Source: Kiritimatiellia bacterium (lineage in GTDB: Bacteria > Verrucomicrobiota > Kiritimatiellia > RFP12 > UBA3636). From it: a stretch of DNA of 64,000 nt. The translations under genes and the position numbers were made by a program. The stretch covers positions 4,167 to 68,166 of the forward strand of contig JAGCJJ010000007.1 of the NCBI GenBank assembly GCA_017648065.1, given 5' to 3'. The notes under the pieces are model-generated. The model was not told where the DNA came from. It did not search any database and saw only the letters and a program-made list of their open reading frames with translations. Shown piece by piece: positions 53,758 to 62,706 of this stretch (position 1 is its first letter; every line of letters starts with the position of its first letter).

Positions 53758-54414
53758 ATGTCTGTTTTTAATGAAGAGTTGGCAGCAAAAGTAAGCGAGT
53801 GTGGTAATATTGCCGTAGTTGTTTTGGATGATCCTTCAAAGGCATTGGCATTGGCAGATGCATTGCTAGAGGGTGGTGTTAAAGTGATGGAGCTTACACT
53901 TCGTACACCTGCAGCACTTGAAGCAATTGCAGAGGTTGCAGCAAAGCGCCCTGAAATGATTGTTGGTGCAGGTACAGTGCTAACACTTGACCAGCTTGCA
54001 GCAGCAAAGGCTGCCGGTGCTGCATTTGCAGTTGCACCAGGCTTTAATCCACGCATTGTTTCTGCAGCAAAGGATATGGGTTTTAGCTTTGCTCCAGGTG
54101 TGATGACACCATCTGAGATTGAGGGTGCTGTTGAGCTAGGTTGCAAGCTATTAAAGTTCTTCCCTGCAGGTGCTATTGGTGGTCTAAAAGCAATTAAGAC
54201 ACTAGTTGCTCCATACAATCATCTTGGCTTGAAGTATATCCCTCTAGGTGGTTTGAATCCTGAAACAACAGAGGAATATTTGGCTAGCCCACTAATTGCA
54301 GCATGTGGTGGTTCATGGATTGCACCAAGTAAGCTAATCAATGCTGATGATTGGGCAACAATTAAGGCTAATGCTGCTTTGGCTACAGAGCTAGTTAAGA
54401 AAATCAGAGGCTAA
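53758..54414 (+). CDS. eda: 2-dehydro-3-deoxyphosphogluconate (KDPG) / KHG aldolase
   Basis: Collinear with E. coli Eda as I recall it: VVVLDDP..ALALADALLEGGVKVMELTLRTP, GAGTVL, APG, PGVMTPSEI, KFFPA, GGSW. Confidence 0.85.
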   Translation: MSVFNEELAAKVSECGNIAVVVLDDPSKALALADALLEGGVKVMELTLRTPAALEAIAEVAAKRPEMIVGAGTVLTLDQLAAAKAAGAAFAVAPGFNPRIVSAAKDMGFSFAPGVMTPSEIEGAVELGCKLLKFFPAGAIGGLKAIKTLVAPYNHLGLKYIPLGGLNPETTEEYLASPLIAACGGSWIAPSKLINADDWATIKANAALATELVKKIRG

Positions 54415-54417
54415 TTT

Positions 54418-55281
54418 ATGATGGCTATTGAAAAGGAAGAGTCTGTAAAGCAGCTTATTGCTACAGCACTTAAAGAGGATGGCGCAGATTGCGATGTAAC
54501 AACACTTTCTCTTGTTGACCCAGAGGCTATTGTTACAGCACATATTCTTACTCGCCATTCATGCAGAACTGCAGGTGTTACAATCGGTGAGGAGGTATTC
54601 CGTCAGGTAGACCCAACACTTAAGGTTGAGATCCTTATTCAGGATGGTTCTGATATAGAAGCAAATGATGTTTTAATGACAATTACAGGTAAAGCAGCTT
54701 CTATTCTTATTGCAGAGCGTACAGCTCTGAACTTTATGCAGCGTATGACAGGCGTGGCAACAGCTACAAGAACTTTTCTTAAAGCTGTTGAAGGAACTGA
54801 TTGCAAAATTCTTGATACACGCAAGACTGTACCAGGCTTCCGCTTGATTGACAAGTACAGCGTGGCTGCTGGTGGTGGCACTAATCACCGTATGGGCTTA
54901 AATGATATGGTGCTTATCAAGGATAATCATCGTAAACTTTGGAAGGGTGGCGATCCAAATCGTCTTGACCAGGCAGTTGCTGCAGCAAGAGCCAAGTTCC
55001 CAGGTGTGCCAGTAGAGGTAGAGGTAGAAAGCTTTGAAGAGCTTGCCAGCGCATTGGCTGGAAATCCAGAATGGATTATGCTTGATAATATGTCTCCTGC
55101 AAAGATGAAGGAAGCAGTAGCAATCGTTAATGGCCGTTGCAAGCTAGAGGCATCAGGTGGTATTTCTATGGAAACAATCCACGCAGTTGCTGAGACAGGC
55201 GTTAATGCTATTTCTTTAGGTTGCTTGACACATTCTGTTAAGGCAGCAGACCTTTCTCTTGAAATTGTAGAAGGTTTATAG
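54418..55281 (+). CDS. nadC: nicotinate-nucleotide pyrophosphorylase (carboxylating) / quinolinate phosphoribosyltransferase
   Basis: ERTALNFMQRMTGVAT, ILDTRKTVPGFR, KYSVAAGGGTNHRMGLNDMVLIKDNH, LEASGGI. Confidence 0.9.
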   Translation: MMAIEKEESVKQLIATALKEDGADCDVTTLSLVDPEAIVTAHILTRHSCRTAGVTIGEEVFRQVDPTLKVEILIQDGSDIEANDVLMTITGKAASILIAERTALNFMQRMTGVATATRTFLKAVEGTDCKILDTRKTVPGFRLIDKYSVAAGGGTNHRMGLNDMVLIKDNHRKLWKGGDPNRLDQAVAAARAKFPGVPVEVEVESFEELASALAGNPEWIMLDNMSPAKMKEAVAIVNGRCKLEASGGISMETIHAVAETGVNAISLGCLTHSVKAADLSLEIVEGL

Positions 55282-55331
55282 TCGAAATTTAATATATTTA
55301 TTGCACCAAAATAGGTACAGTAGAGGGCAAT

Positions 55332-57200
55332 ATGGCGATTCTTGATAGAATCAACAATCCTGAGGATATAAAGAATTTATCTCTTAAAGAGCTTAAAGAT
55401 TTGGCTCAGGAGTTGCGTGAATATATCATAACAACAGTAAGTAATACAGGAGGTCATTTGGCATCTAATTTAGGTGTCGTTGAGCTCACTCTTGCTATGC
55501 TTAGTTGTGTTACACCACCAAAGGATAAGGTGGTGTTTGATGTTTCACACCAAGCCTATGTCTACAAAATTTTGACTGGCCGCAAGGAACAATTCAAAAC
55601 ACTTCGCCAAACTGGTGGAATTTCTGGTTTTCAAAAGATAAGCGAGAGTCCATGCGATGCCTTTGGTTCAGGCCATGCGGGTAATGCAATTTCCGCCGCA
55701 ATAGGATTGGCTACGGCGCGTGATGCTAAGGGCGAGGATGATGTTGTTGTCGCAGTTGTCGGTGATGGGGCAATTTGCAATGGAATCTCACTTGAAGCAT
55801 TGAATAATGCAGCACAAAGCACAAAACGTTTGATTGTTGTTATGAATGATAACAATATGTCAATTTCAAAGAATGTAGGTGCTTTGAGTAAGGGTTTTGG
55901 CCGACTTATGGTTAGCCCAAGATATACGCGCTGGCGTTATCGTTTTGATCATCATTTACGTTGGTTTTCAAATGGTTATCATTGGGTAACAGCTCGTATC
56001 AAGAACTTGCTGTCAATGGGAGCAACGGTTCAAAAGCTTGGTTTTAGATATATTGGTCCAGTTGATGGACATAATATTCAGCAGTTACAATATGCATTTA
56101 AGGCAGCATTGGCTTCAAATGCTCCTGTATTTATTCAGGTCTCAACAATTAAGGGCTTTGGATATAAATATGCAGAGCAGAATCCATCTGCGTGGCATGG
56201 TCCGGCACCATTCGATATAAAAACTGGTTTGCCAAAGAAAAAGTCTAATGGGGAAGGCTGGTCTTCTGCATTTGGAAATGCAATTTTAGAGGCAGGTAAA
56301 AAGGATAAGCGAGTTGTAGCAACTACTTCTGGCATGACAGAAGGTACAGGTCTTACTAAATTTGCAGAGACTTTCCCTAAGAGATTTTTTGATGTTGGTA
56401 TAAGTGAAGAGCATCAAATGATTTTTGCAGCGGGTATGGCTGCAAATGGTTTGCGCCCAGTTGTGGCAGTGTATTCAACATTTTTCCAGCGTGCAATAGA
56501 CTGCTTTATTCACGATGTAGCATTACAGAAGCTGCCTGTTGTTGTTTGCTTGGATCGTGCAGGTGCTGTACCAGGAGATGGACCAACACATCATGGTGTA
56601 TTTGATATCTCTTTAGTTCGCTCTATTCCAGGAATTGCAGTAATGCAGCCAAGAACCATAGCAGAGCTAAATCAAATGCTTTCAACAAGTTTAAATCTTC
56701 CTTATCCTGCAATTATTCGCTATCCACGAGGTACAGAACAACCTGCAATATTTGATGCAGATGTGGCAGTGTCTACTAATGACCAACCTGTGGCAATAGG
56801 TAAGGCTGAGCTACTTGCAAAGTATTGTACAGCAGGTGCTACAACAGCAAGCGTTGCAGTGTGGTCGCTAGGTAATATGGATACGCTAGCTAAGGAGGTT
56901 TGTGAGCTTCTTCGTTCAAAAGGAGTTTCTTCAGAGCTGGTAAATGCACGCTTTGTTAAGCCATTAGATGCATCGCTAATAGAAAAGCAATTAGCGAATG
57001 GAGTAAACACAATTATCACAATCGAGGATGGTGTTGCTTTAGGTGGCTTTGGTTCAGAGATTGAGGCATACCTTGGTGGCAGAGCAAGAACAATTCGCTG
57101 TGGTTGGGAAAATCCATTTATGCAACACGCCAGCAGCTTAAAAGATCTTTACGAGCGTGAAGGCTTGACAGCAGAGAAAATTGTTGCTCGCTTGGTTTGA
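55332..57200 (+). CDS. dxs: 1-deoxy-D-xylulose-5-phosphate synthase
   Basis: GGHLASNLGVVELT, FDVSHQAYVYKILTGR, TPP motif GDGAICNGISLEALNNA, ISEEHQ, DRAGAVPGDGPTHHG. Confidence 0.95.
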   Translation: MAILDRINNPEDIKNLSLKELKDLAQELREYIITTVSNTGGHLASNLGVVELTLAMLSCVTPPKDKVVFDVSHQAYVYKILTGRKEQFKTLRQTGGISGFQKISESPCDAFGSGHAGNAISAAIGLATARDAKGEDDVVVAVVGDGAICNGISLEALNNAAQSTKRLIVVMNDNNMSISKNVGALSKGFGRLMVSPRYTRWRYRFDHHLRWFSNGYHWVTARIKNLLSMGATVQKLGFRYIGPVDGHNIQQLQYAFKAALASNAPVFIQVSTIKGFGYKYAEQNPSAWHGPAPFDIKTGLPKKKSNGEGWSSAFGNAILEAGKKDKRVVATTSGMTEGTGLTKFAETFPKRFFDVGISEEHQMIFAAGMAANGLRPVVAVYSTFFQRAIDCFIHDVALQKLPVVVCLDRAGAVPGDGPTHHGVFDISLVRSIPGIAVMQPRTIAELNQMLSTSLNLPYPAIIRYPRGTEQPAIFDADVAVSTNDQPVAIGKAELLAKYCTAGATTASVAVWSLGNMDTLAKEVCELLRSKGVSSELVNARFVKPLDASLIEKQLANGVNTIITIEDGVALGGFGSEIEAYLGGRARTIRCGWENPFMQHASSLKDLYEREGLTAEKIVARLV

Positions 57201-57357
57201 TGCTTGCCAGTTGCAGATAGGTAAAATTTATTTATTTTCTGCATATAATTAAGTTATTGAGTGTATTATAATTGTTGTAATAGCGACATCAATAACTAAT
57301 TATTATAGCAAAATGCTAAAAAACTACTTAAATCCATCTATAAAAGTGTAATTTTGT

Positions 57358-57386
57358 TTGACTTTAATGCCAACAATTACTATCAT
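57358..57386 (+). promoter_or_regulatory. putative sigma70-type promoter (TTGACT-17-TATCAT)
   Basis: Read directly, ~90 nt upstream of ATG 57474. Confidence 0.3.
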
Positions 57387-57473
57387 ATAAGTTAATTATA
57401 TGTGAATAGGGTGTATTGTGCCCTGACGTCGCATTTAATTGTGAGCTATTTAATTTATTGGAGACTCATATTT

Positions 57474-58568
57474 ATGAAAATTAAAGGTTTAAAATTGGCT
57501 GTTTTAGCCATTGCTGCTTGTTGCTGTGCAAATGCATTTTCTGCAGATTATTTTGATGCATTATTTAGTACAGTTAAGGTAACGGGTAAGGTTTGGATTC
57601 TTCGCCCAGGTGAAACTGAGCCAGTTCAGGCAAAAGAAAATTATCGTTATCCTTATGGTTCTAAGGTAGTTGTAGATGGAGTTGATAAGTCATTGCCAAA
57701 AGAGGTTGTGCAGGATAATTCTGTTATGGTTGTTTTTGGTAACGACTACCAAATCAAATTGGGAATGGATACAAAAATCTCAACAACCAAGTCTCAGGCA
57801 GAGGATGGTAATGCAAAGGTAAATGTTCTAATTGAGAAGGGTGCTGTTTCTACATTTATCACAGTTCCAACAACAAAGACAGGCGATGCAAAGGAAGATG
57901 CAAAGATAGATGCAAGATTGAATGCATTTGTGATTGAGACACCTCTTGCTGCAGCTTCATCTTTGGTTAACCGTAATGAGATTCGTGTTGGAACAGATTC
58001 AGCTGGTTTAGTAAAATCCAGATATAAGATTGAATCAGGCAATATCAACCTAGTTGGTCAGCAGTTCAGCATTTCTAAGACACGTAGAAAGACAGAGTTT
58101 AATATTTCTGGAGATGCAGAGTTTACAAGAATTGATGTTATTTCTGGTTATGCAACAATTCGTCTAGCACGTGGCGAAGATACACCTTATCAGAGCACAT
58201 TTAAGCAAGGCTCTCTAATTAAGTTGTGGAGAATTTTCACTCAGATTCAGAAGAAGATGGCTGTTGCATGTATGATTACATTGCCAGATGGTAAGGCAGA
58301 GCGTTTTGAATATATCGAGAATCCTTCTGATATACTAAAGTCTCTTGAGGGTAAAGGTGCTACAACTATTGGCTCTGATGAAGTAATTGAATCAAAAGAA
58401 GAAAAAGTTGAAGATGATGGTGATTGGGAAGACGATGGTTCTGTAGATTTAACAGACAACTCTTCTGATGACACATCTTCTGAATCTACTTCAACAAGTA
58501 GCGACTCTTTTGATGATGATTTAGGTGGTGATTCTTCATTTAGTTGGGATGAGGACTTTGATTTCTAA
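57474..58568 (+). CDS. secreted hypothetical protein with Asp/Ser-rich acidic C-terminal tail
   Basis: Signal peptide MKIKGLKLAVLAIAACCCANAFSA, with SD GGAG upstream. The tail reads ...DDGDWEDDGSVDLTDNSSDDTSSESTSTSSDSFDDDLGGDSSFSWDEDFDF. The track start at 57402 is probably an extension. Confidence 0.5.
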   Translation: MKIKGLKLAVLAIAACCCANAFSADYFDALFSTVKVTGKVWILRPGETEPVQAKENYRYPYGSKVVVDGVDKSLPKEVVQDNSVMVVFGNDYQIKLGMDTKISTTKSQAEDGNAKVNVLIEKGAVSTFITVPTTKTGDAKEDAKIDARLNAFVIETPLAAASSLVNRNEIRVGTDSAGLVKSRYKIESGNINLVGQQFSISKTRRKTEFNISGDAEFTRIDVISGYATIRLARGEDTPYQSTFKQGSLIKLWRIFTQIQKKMAVACMITLPDGKAERFEYIENPSDILKSLEGKGATTIGSDEVIESKEEKVEDDGDWEDDGSVDLTDNSSDDTSSESTSTSSDSFDDDLGGDSSFSWDEDFDF

Positions 58569-58616
58569 GTCTTAATATTTTTATACAAAAGATTGTAATA
58601 TAAAGCGAGGTAAATA

Positions 58617-59303
58617 ATGAAAAAAATTTCAGTTGTATTCGGAGCAGTTGCATTAGTTTTTGCTTTGTCATTTAATTTGCTAGATGCTGCACCAAAAAAA
58701 GATACTAATGATGCAAAGAGTAATGTTGCAAAGTATGTTGCTCTATCAAATTTGATTACAAAGACAAATGAGGTTACTCCTGAGGTTGCTGTAGAGAAGG
58801 TTGTAACAAAGAAGCTTGCATCCGTTAAGTCTAAAGAAGAGAAGCAGAATGCTGTTTCTGAGTTGGTTGCAATGGTTCTTGCAACAACTGCAGATAAAAA
58901 AGCAGAGGAAGCTGCAAGCATGGCAAAGTCTATGACAACAGCTATTATGGCAACAACAGATGATTTGCGCGAGCAGATTAAATATGCTTGTGCAATTGTT
59001 GCAACAGTTCATGTTGTAGGTGCTGATAGTGCGGGAAACATCGATAATGGTATTCTTTCAGCTATTAAATCTGTAATGAATGATGATGTATTAAGATTTA
59101 CAGATGATGCAGAAAAGGCTCCTGTCACAGCAATTGGCATCTATCAGGCACAATACTGCAAGGAGATTTACGACTCTGTTCGTGAAAAAGTTTTCGCTGA
59201 CCTAGGTAAGGATGACACATCAATCCTCACTCCAGTAGCAACTACTACAACAACAACTTCTACAACAACTATTCCTTCTCCTACACCAGTTGGTCGTCGT
59301 TAA
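58617..59303 (+). CDS. secreted hypothetical protein, Ala/Lys-rich helical, poly-Thr C-terminus
   Basis: Signal peptide MKKISVVFGAVALVFALSFNLLDA. The C-terminus reads ...TPVATTTTTTSTTTIPSPTPVGRR. Confidence 0.5.
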   Translation: MKKISVVFGAVALVFALSFNLLDAAPKKDTNDAKSNVAKYVALSNLITKTNEVTPEVAVEKVVTKKLASVKSKEEKQNAVSELVAMVLATTADKKAEEAASMAKSMTTAIMATTDDLREQIKYACAIVATVHVVGADSAGNIDNGILSAIKSVMNDDVLRFTDDAEKAPVTAIGIYQAQYCKEIYDSVREKVFADLGKDDTSILTPVATTTTTTSTTTIPSPTPVGRR

Positions 59304-59415
59304 TACGAATTTAGTGGATAAAAGATTTACGTCCTACTGGGTTTAATTTCCCTGGTAGGATGTCGTATTTAAGAGAAAATTTAAGAATAAGAAAAATTAA
59401 AATTAAGGTAAAACA

Positions 59416-61062
59416 ATGTTTATTATAAAATTCAATAATATGATCCGTAACAAGTGGTTATGGGGTGCATTCGCAGTAATCGTAGCTGGCGCATTTATTA
59501 TGTCAGATAGCATGCTATCTTCTAGTGCTTCTGGGGATAATGGTTATGGAAAGCTAAATGGTAAAGCTGTAGATCCACAGGAGTTCCTAACAGTTTCACG
59601 TATTGTTGAATTAAATCGCAATATGGGTCGTAATTTTGCTAGTTCAGATTGTTCTGCAACAAAGGAAGCATGGCTAATGCTAGCTGCATTAAGAACTGCT
59701 GATGAGCTAAAAATCACAGTTTCAGATGAAGAAGTTGCAGCAGCAATCATGAAAGACCCAACATTCAAAAATAAAGATGGTCAATTTGATAAGGCATACG
59801 CTCAGCTAATTATTCAAAATTATCTAAAGCTTTCATTACCTCAGTATGAGAATTATATTCGCATCATGATGAAGCTAGATTTTCTTCGTAGCTATGTTTT
59901 GTCTCAAACACCTGTAGTGCCTGCAAGCGAGATTAAAGTTGGTGTAGATGCAATGTCTGATGTATTTACATTCACTCCAGCAGTTCTTTCAAATACTGTA
60001 GTTGCAACAGAATTGAAGCTTACAGATGATGAACTAAAGGCATATTTCGAGACACATAAAGAAACTTATCGTAAGCCAGCACGTGTTTCTGTACGTCAGG
60101 TTTCGTTTGAAGCATCTAAGTTCCTAGATAAGTCTAAGGTTACAGAAGAGGAAATTCAGAGCTATTATGATGATAATTATAGCAAGTATCTTGTAAAAGG
60201 CGAAAATGGTGCAGAGGATACATATAAGCCACTTGAAGAGGTAAAAGAGCAGATTATTTCAGATATTGCTCGTGAGGCATCTCAAAGAGCTGCTTATGAT
60301 GCTGCAGATATCTTCAATAATAAGCTAATCGAAGATAATGCTCTAACAATGGAAGCTCTTGCTGCAGTTGATGGCTATACAGTAGTAACAACAGCACTAT
60401 TCTCAGCAGATGCTCCTGCTCCTGTAGTTATGAAGAATTCTCAAGAGTATGTAGATGCTGCATTTAATTTGGTTGATGGTGAAGATCATATGAATTATGC
60501 AGATGCTCCAATTTTTGCTGGTTCTCAAACATTTGTTATTGCATACAATTCTCATGAGCAGTCTGTAATCCCTGCTTTTGATGAGGTTCGTGCTCTAGTA
60601 TTGCGTGATGCTCAAATTGAGAAGGCATTCAATACATATAATGAGAAGCTTTCTGAGCTTGCAAAAGCTGTTGATTCAATTTCTGCATCTCAAAAGACAT
60701 TTGAAGATGTTGCAAAGGAATTTAACCTAGCAGTTGGCACAAATATCACTGCTTCTGTTCGTAATATCGTTATTAGCGGTACAGAGGAAGAGAAGCTAAT
60801 GATTACTTCTGTAAGTAAGTTAGAGAAGGGCGTTGTTTCTAAGCCAATCGCACTTCCTAATGATACTGCTGTGATTTTGAAGGTTATCGATAGAACACCT
60901 GTTTCAGAGGAAGAAAAGAAGAGTATCGAGCCAATGGTACGCTTGAATCTACAGAGCGAAATTGCTCCTCGCGTTTGGACAAACTGGTTAGAGGAAAATC
61001 TTGCTTCTATGGATTTCCAGACAACCATGTCCCTAGAGGATACAGCAGAAGCTGCTGAATAA
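59416..61062 (+). CDS. PpiD-like membrane-anchored periplasmic chaperone (SurA_N-type), parvulin domain not recognisable
   Basis: N-terminal TM (WLWGAFAVIVAGAFIM), then GKLNGKAVDPQEF, ...ITVSDEEVAAAIMKDPTFKNKDGQFDKAYAQLI, and ELKAYFETHKETYRKPARVSVRQV. It is collinear with E. coli PpiD as I recall it. Confidence 0.6.
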   Translation: MFIIKFNNMIRNKWLWGAFAVIVAGAFIMSDSMLSSSASGDNGYGKLNGKAVDPQEFLTVSRIVELNRNMGRNFASSDCSATKEAWLMLAALRTADELKITVSDEEVAAAIMKDPTFKNKDGQFDKAYAQLIIQNYLKLSLPQYENYIRIMMKLDFLRSYVLSQTPVVPASEIKVGVDAMSDVFTFTPAVLSNTVVATELKLTDDELKAYFETHKETYRKPARVSVRQVSFEASKFLDKSKVTEEEIQSYYDDNYSKYLVKGENGAEDTYKPLEEVKEQIISDIAREASQRAAYDAADIFNNKLIEDNALTMEALAAVDGYTVVTTALFSADAPAPVVMKNSQEYVDAAFNLVDGEDHMNYADAPIFAGSQTFVIAYNSHEQSVIPAFDEVRALVLRDAQIEKAFNTYNEKLSELAKAVDSISASQKTFEDVAKEFNLAVGTNITASVRNIVISGTEEEKLMITSVSKLEKGVVSKPIALPNDTAVILKVIDRTPVSEEEKKSIEPMVRLNLQSEIAPRVWTNWLEENLASMDFQTTMSLEDTAEAAE

Positions 61063-61079
61063 TATAAAATAATTTTAAT

Positions 61080-61115
61080 AGAGGCGTGGTTGTTCAATCA
61101 CGCCTCTTTTTATTT
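61080..61115 (+). terminator. rho-independent terminator
   Basis: AGAGGCGTG-GTTGTTCAAT-CACGCCTCT followed by TTTTATTTT. Confidence 0.85.
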
Positions 61116-61128
61116 TCTATCGTTAATT

Positions 61129-61581
61129 ATGAATATCGTTTTAATAAACCCAGAAATACCACATAACACAGGTGCGATTGGCCGCGTGTGCGTGGGACTT
61201 GATTGGAATTTACATTTGATTCGTCCTCTTGGATTTCATCTCGATGAGAAGCAGGTCGCACGAGCAGGTCTTGATTATTGGCAGCATTTGAAGCTTACTG
61301 TGCATGATTCTTGGGAGGATTTTCTTGATTCAGAAAAACCAGAGGAACTTTTCTTCCTTAGCACACATGGTGAAAAATCCTTGTATGAATGCAAGTTTAC
61401 TGAAAAATCATATCTTCTTTTTGGCAGTGAAGGTCATGGTTTACCAAAGCCTTTTTATGAACTATACAAGGATAAATTGTTTAAGATACCTATGCCAGGA
61501 GAGCATGCCCGCAGTATAAATCTTGCTAATGCTGTTGCGATTACTGCCTACGAAGCATATAGACAATGTATTTCAAAATAG
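61129..61581 (+). CDS. trmL: tRNA (cytidine/uridine(34)-2'-O)-methyltransferase TrmL (SpoU/TrmH family)
   Basis: LINPEIPHNTGAIGRVC, LLFGSEGHGLP, SINLANAVAITAYEAYRQ. ~150 aa. The track TTG 61090 start lies inside the upstream terminator, so ATG 61129 is preferred. Confidence 0.85.
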   Translation: MNIVLINPEIPHNTGAIGRVCVGLDWNLHLIRPLGFHLDEKQVARAGLDYWQHLKLTVHDSWEDFLDSEKPEELFFLSTHGEKSLYECKFTEKSYLLFGSEGHGLPKPFYELYKDKLFKIPMPGEHARSINLANAVAITAYEAYRQCISK

Positions 61582-61617
61582 TTTTTATTGGTATTGCCTA
61601 AACTTATTCTTAATAAA

Positions 61618-62706
61618 ATGTCAGATTTACTCAAAAAAGCCCAAGAAAAGCCTCAAAATCTCTCACTTGTTGAGTTAGAGCAGCTGTTAGCTCTTTCGAC
61701 AAAGGAAGAGCTGGATTTACTTTTTAAGGCTGCATATAGTTTAAAAGAACGCTATATAGGCAGACGTGTAAGTCTTCGTGGACTAATTGAGTGGAGTAAT
61801 ATTTGTAATAAGAATTGCTTTTATTGTGGAATTCGTGCCGGAAATAAGAAAATCAATCGCTTCCGCCTTACAAAAGAAGAGATTTTAGCTACTGCTGATT
61901 TTGTGCATTCTGCAGGTTATGGTTCTCTTGTTATTCAAGGTGGCGAATTAGAAAGCCAAGCAAATACAGAGTTTGTGGCAGATGTGCTTCGAGAAATTAA
62001 ATCTCGTTGGGGCGATGAGCTAGGTGTTACACTTTCTCTTGGTGAGCAAACAGAAGACGTTTATAAATTGTGGCGCGAGGCAGGAGCCCATCGTTATCTG
62101 CTTCGAATAGAATCAAGTGATTCTGTGCTTTATAAAAGCCTGCATCCTCATGGTCATTCATTTGAGCGTAGGGTAGAGTGTTTACACACATTAAAGCGCT
62201 TAGGATATCAGCTTGGAACTGGAGTAATGATTGGATTGCCAAATCAATCTCTAGCTCATTTAGCTCGTGATATTGAATTTTTTGCCAAAGTAGATGCGGA
62301 TATGATTGGTATGGGTCCTTATATTCCACATCAAGATACTCCATTAGGGCAAAATATGTCTGTTACTCCTGAATATATGCAGCAGCAATTACTTCTGGGC
62401 TTAAAGATGATTGCTGTCACGCGATTGTATTTACATGATGTAAATATTGCATCTACGACAGCTCTTCAAGCTCTTGCCCCAGATGGACGTGAGCGAGGCC
62501 TATTGGCAGGTGCTAATGTTATAATGCCTAATGCAACTGCTGTTGGCTATCGTGCAGGATATCAGTTATATGCTAATAAGCCTAATTTGGATGAAAATGC
62601 TGAGTCAACTATGGCTGCTCTTGAAGCTTCTGTAAAAAGCATTGGAGAGACCCTTCGCCTTAACGAGTTAGGCGATTCTCCTCATGCAAAGTCAACACAT
62701 CAGTAA
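61618..62706 (+). CDS. hydE: radical SAM [FeFe]-hydrogenase H-cluster maturase HydE (BioB/HydE family)
   Basis: CNKNCFYCGIRAGN...NRFRL..EEI, VTLSLGE, AGAHRYLLRIES, MIGMGPYIPHQDTPL, GANVIMPN, YQLYANK. It is collinear with Thermotoga HydE as I recall it. Confidence 0.75.
   Translation: MSDLLKKAQEKPQNLSLVELEQLLALSTKEELDLLFKAAYSLKERYIGRRVSLRGLIEWSNICNKNCFYCGIRAGNKKINRFRLTKEEILATADFVHSAGYGSLVIQGGELESQANTEFVADVLREIKSRWGDELGVTLSLGEQTEDVYKLWREAGAHRYLLRIESSDSVLYKSLHPHGHSFERRVECLHTLKRLGYQLGTGVMIGLPNQSLAHLARDIEFFAKVDADMIGMGPYIPHQDTPLGQNMSVTPEYMQQQLLLGLKMIAVTRLYLHDVNIASTTALQALAPDGRERGLLAGANVIMPNATAVGYRAGYQLYANKPNLDENAESTMAALEASVKSIGETLRLNELGDSPHAKSTHQ

Noticed and set aside
53637-54218. 193-aa minus-strand ORF antisense to eda, plus similar long antisense ORFs at 41413-43941, 45034-46755 and 39314-39786
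   Set aside because: They lie entirely opposite well-supported genes (eda, pepN, fkp, miaA) and have low-complexity Ala/Ser/Pro-rich or Cys/His-rich products. They lack SD and start context. These are typical shadow ORFs.
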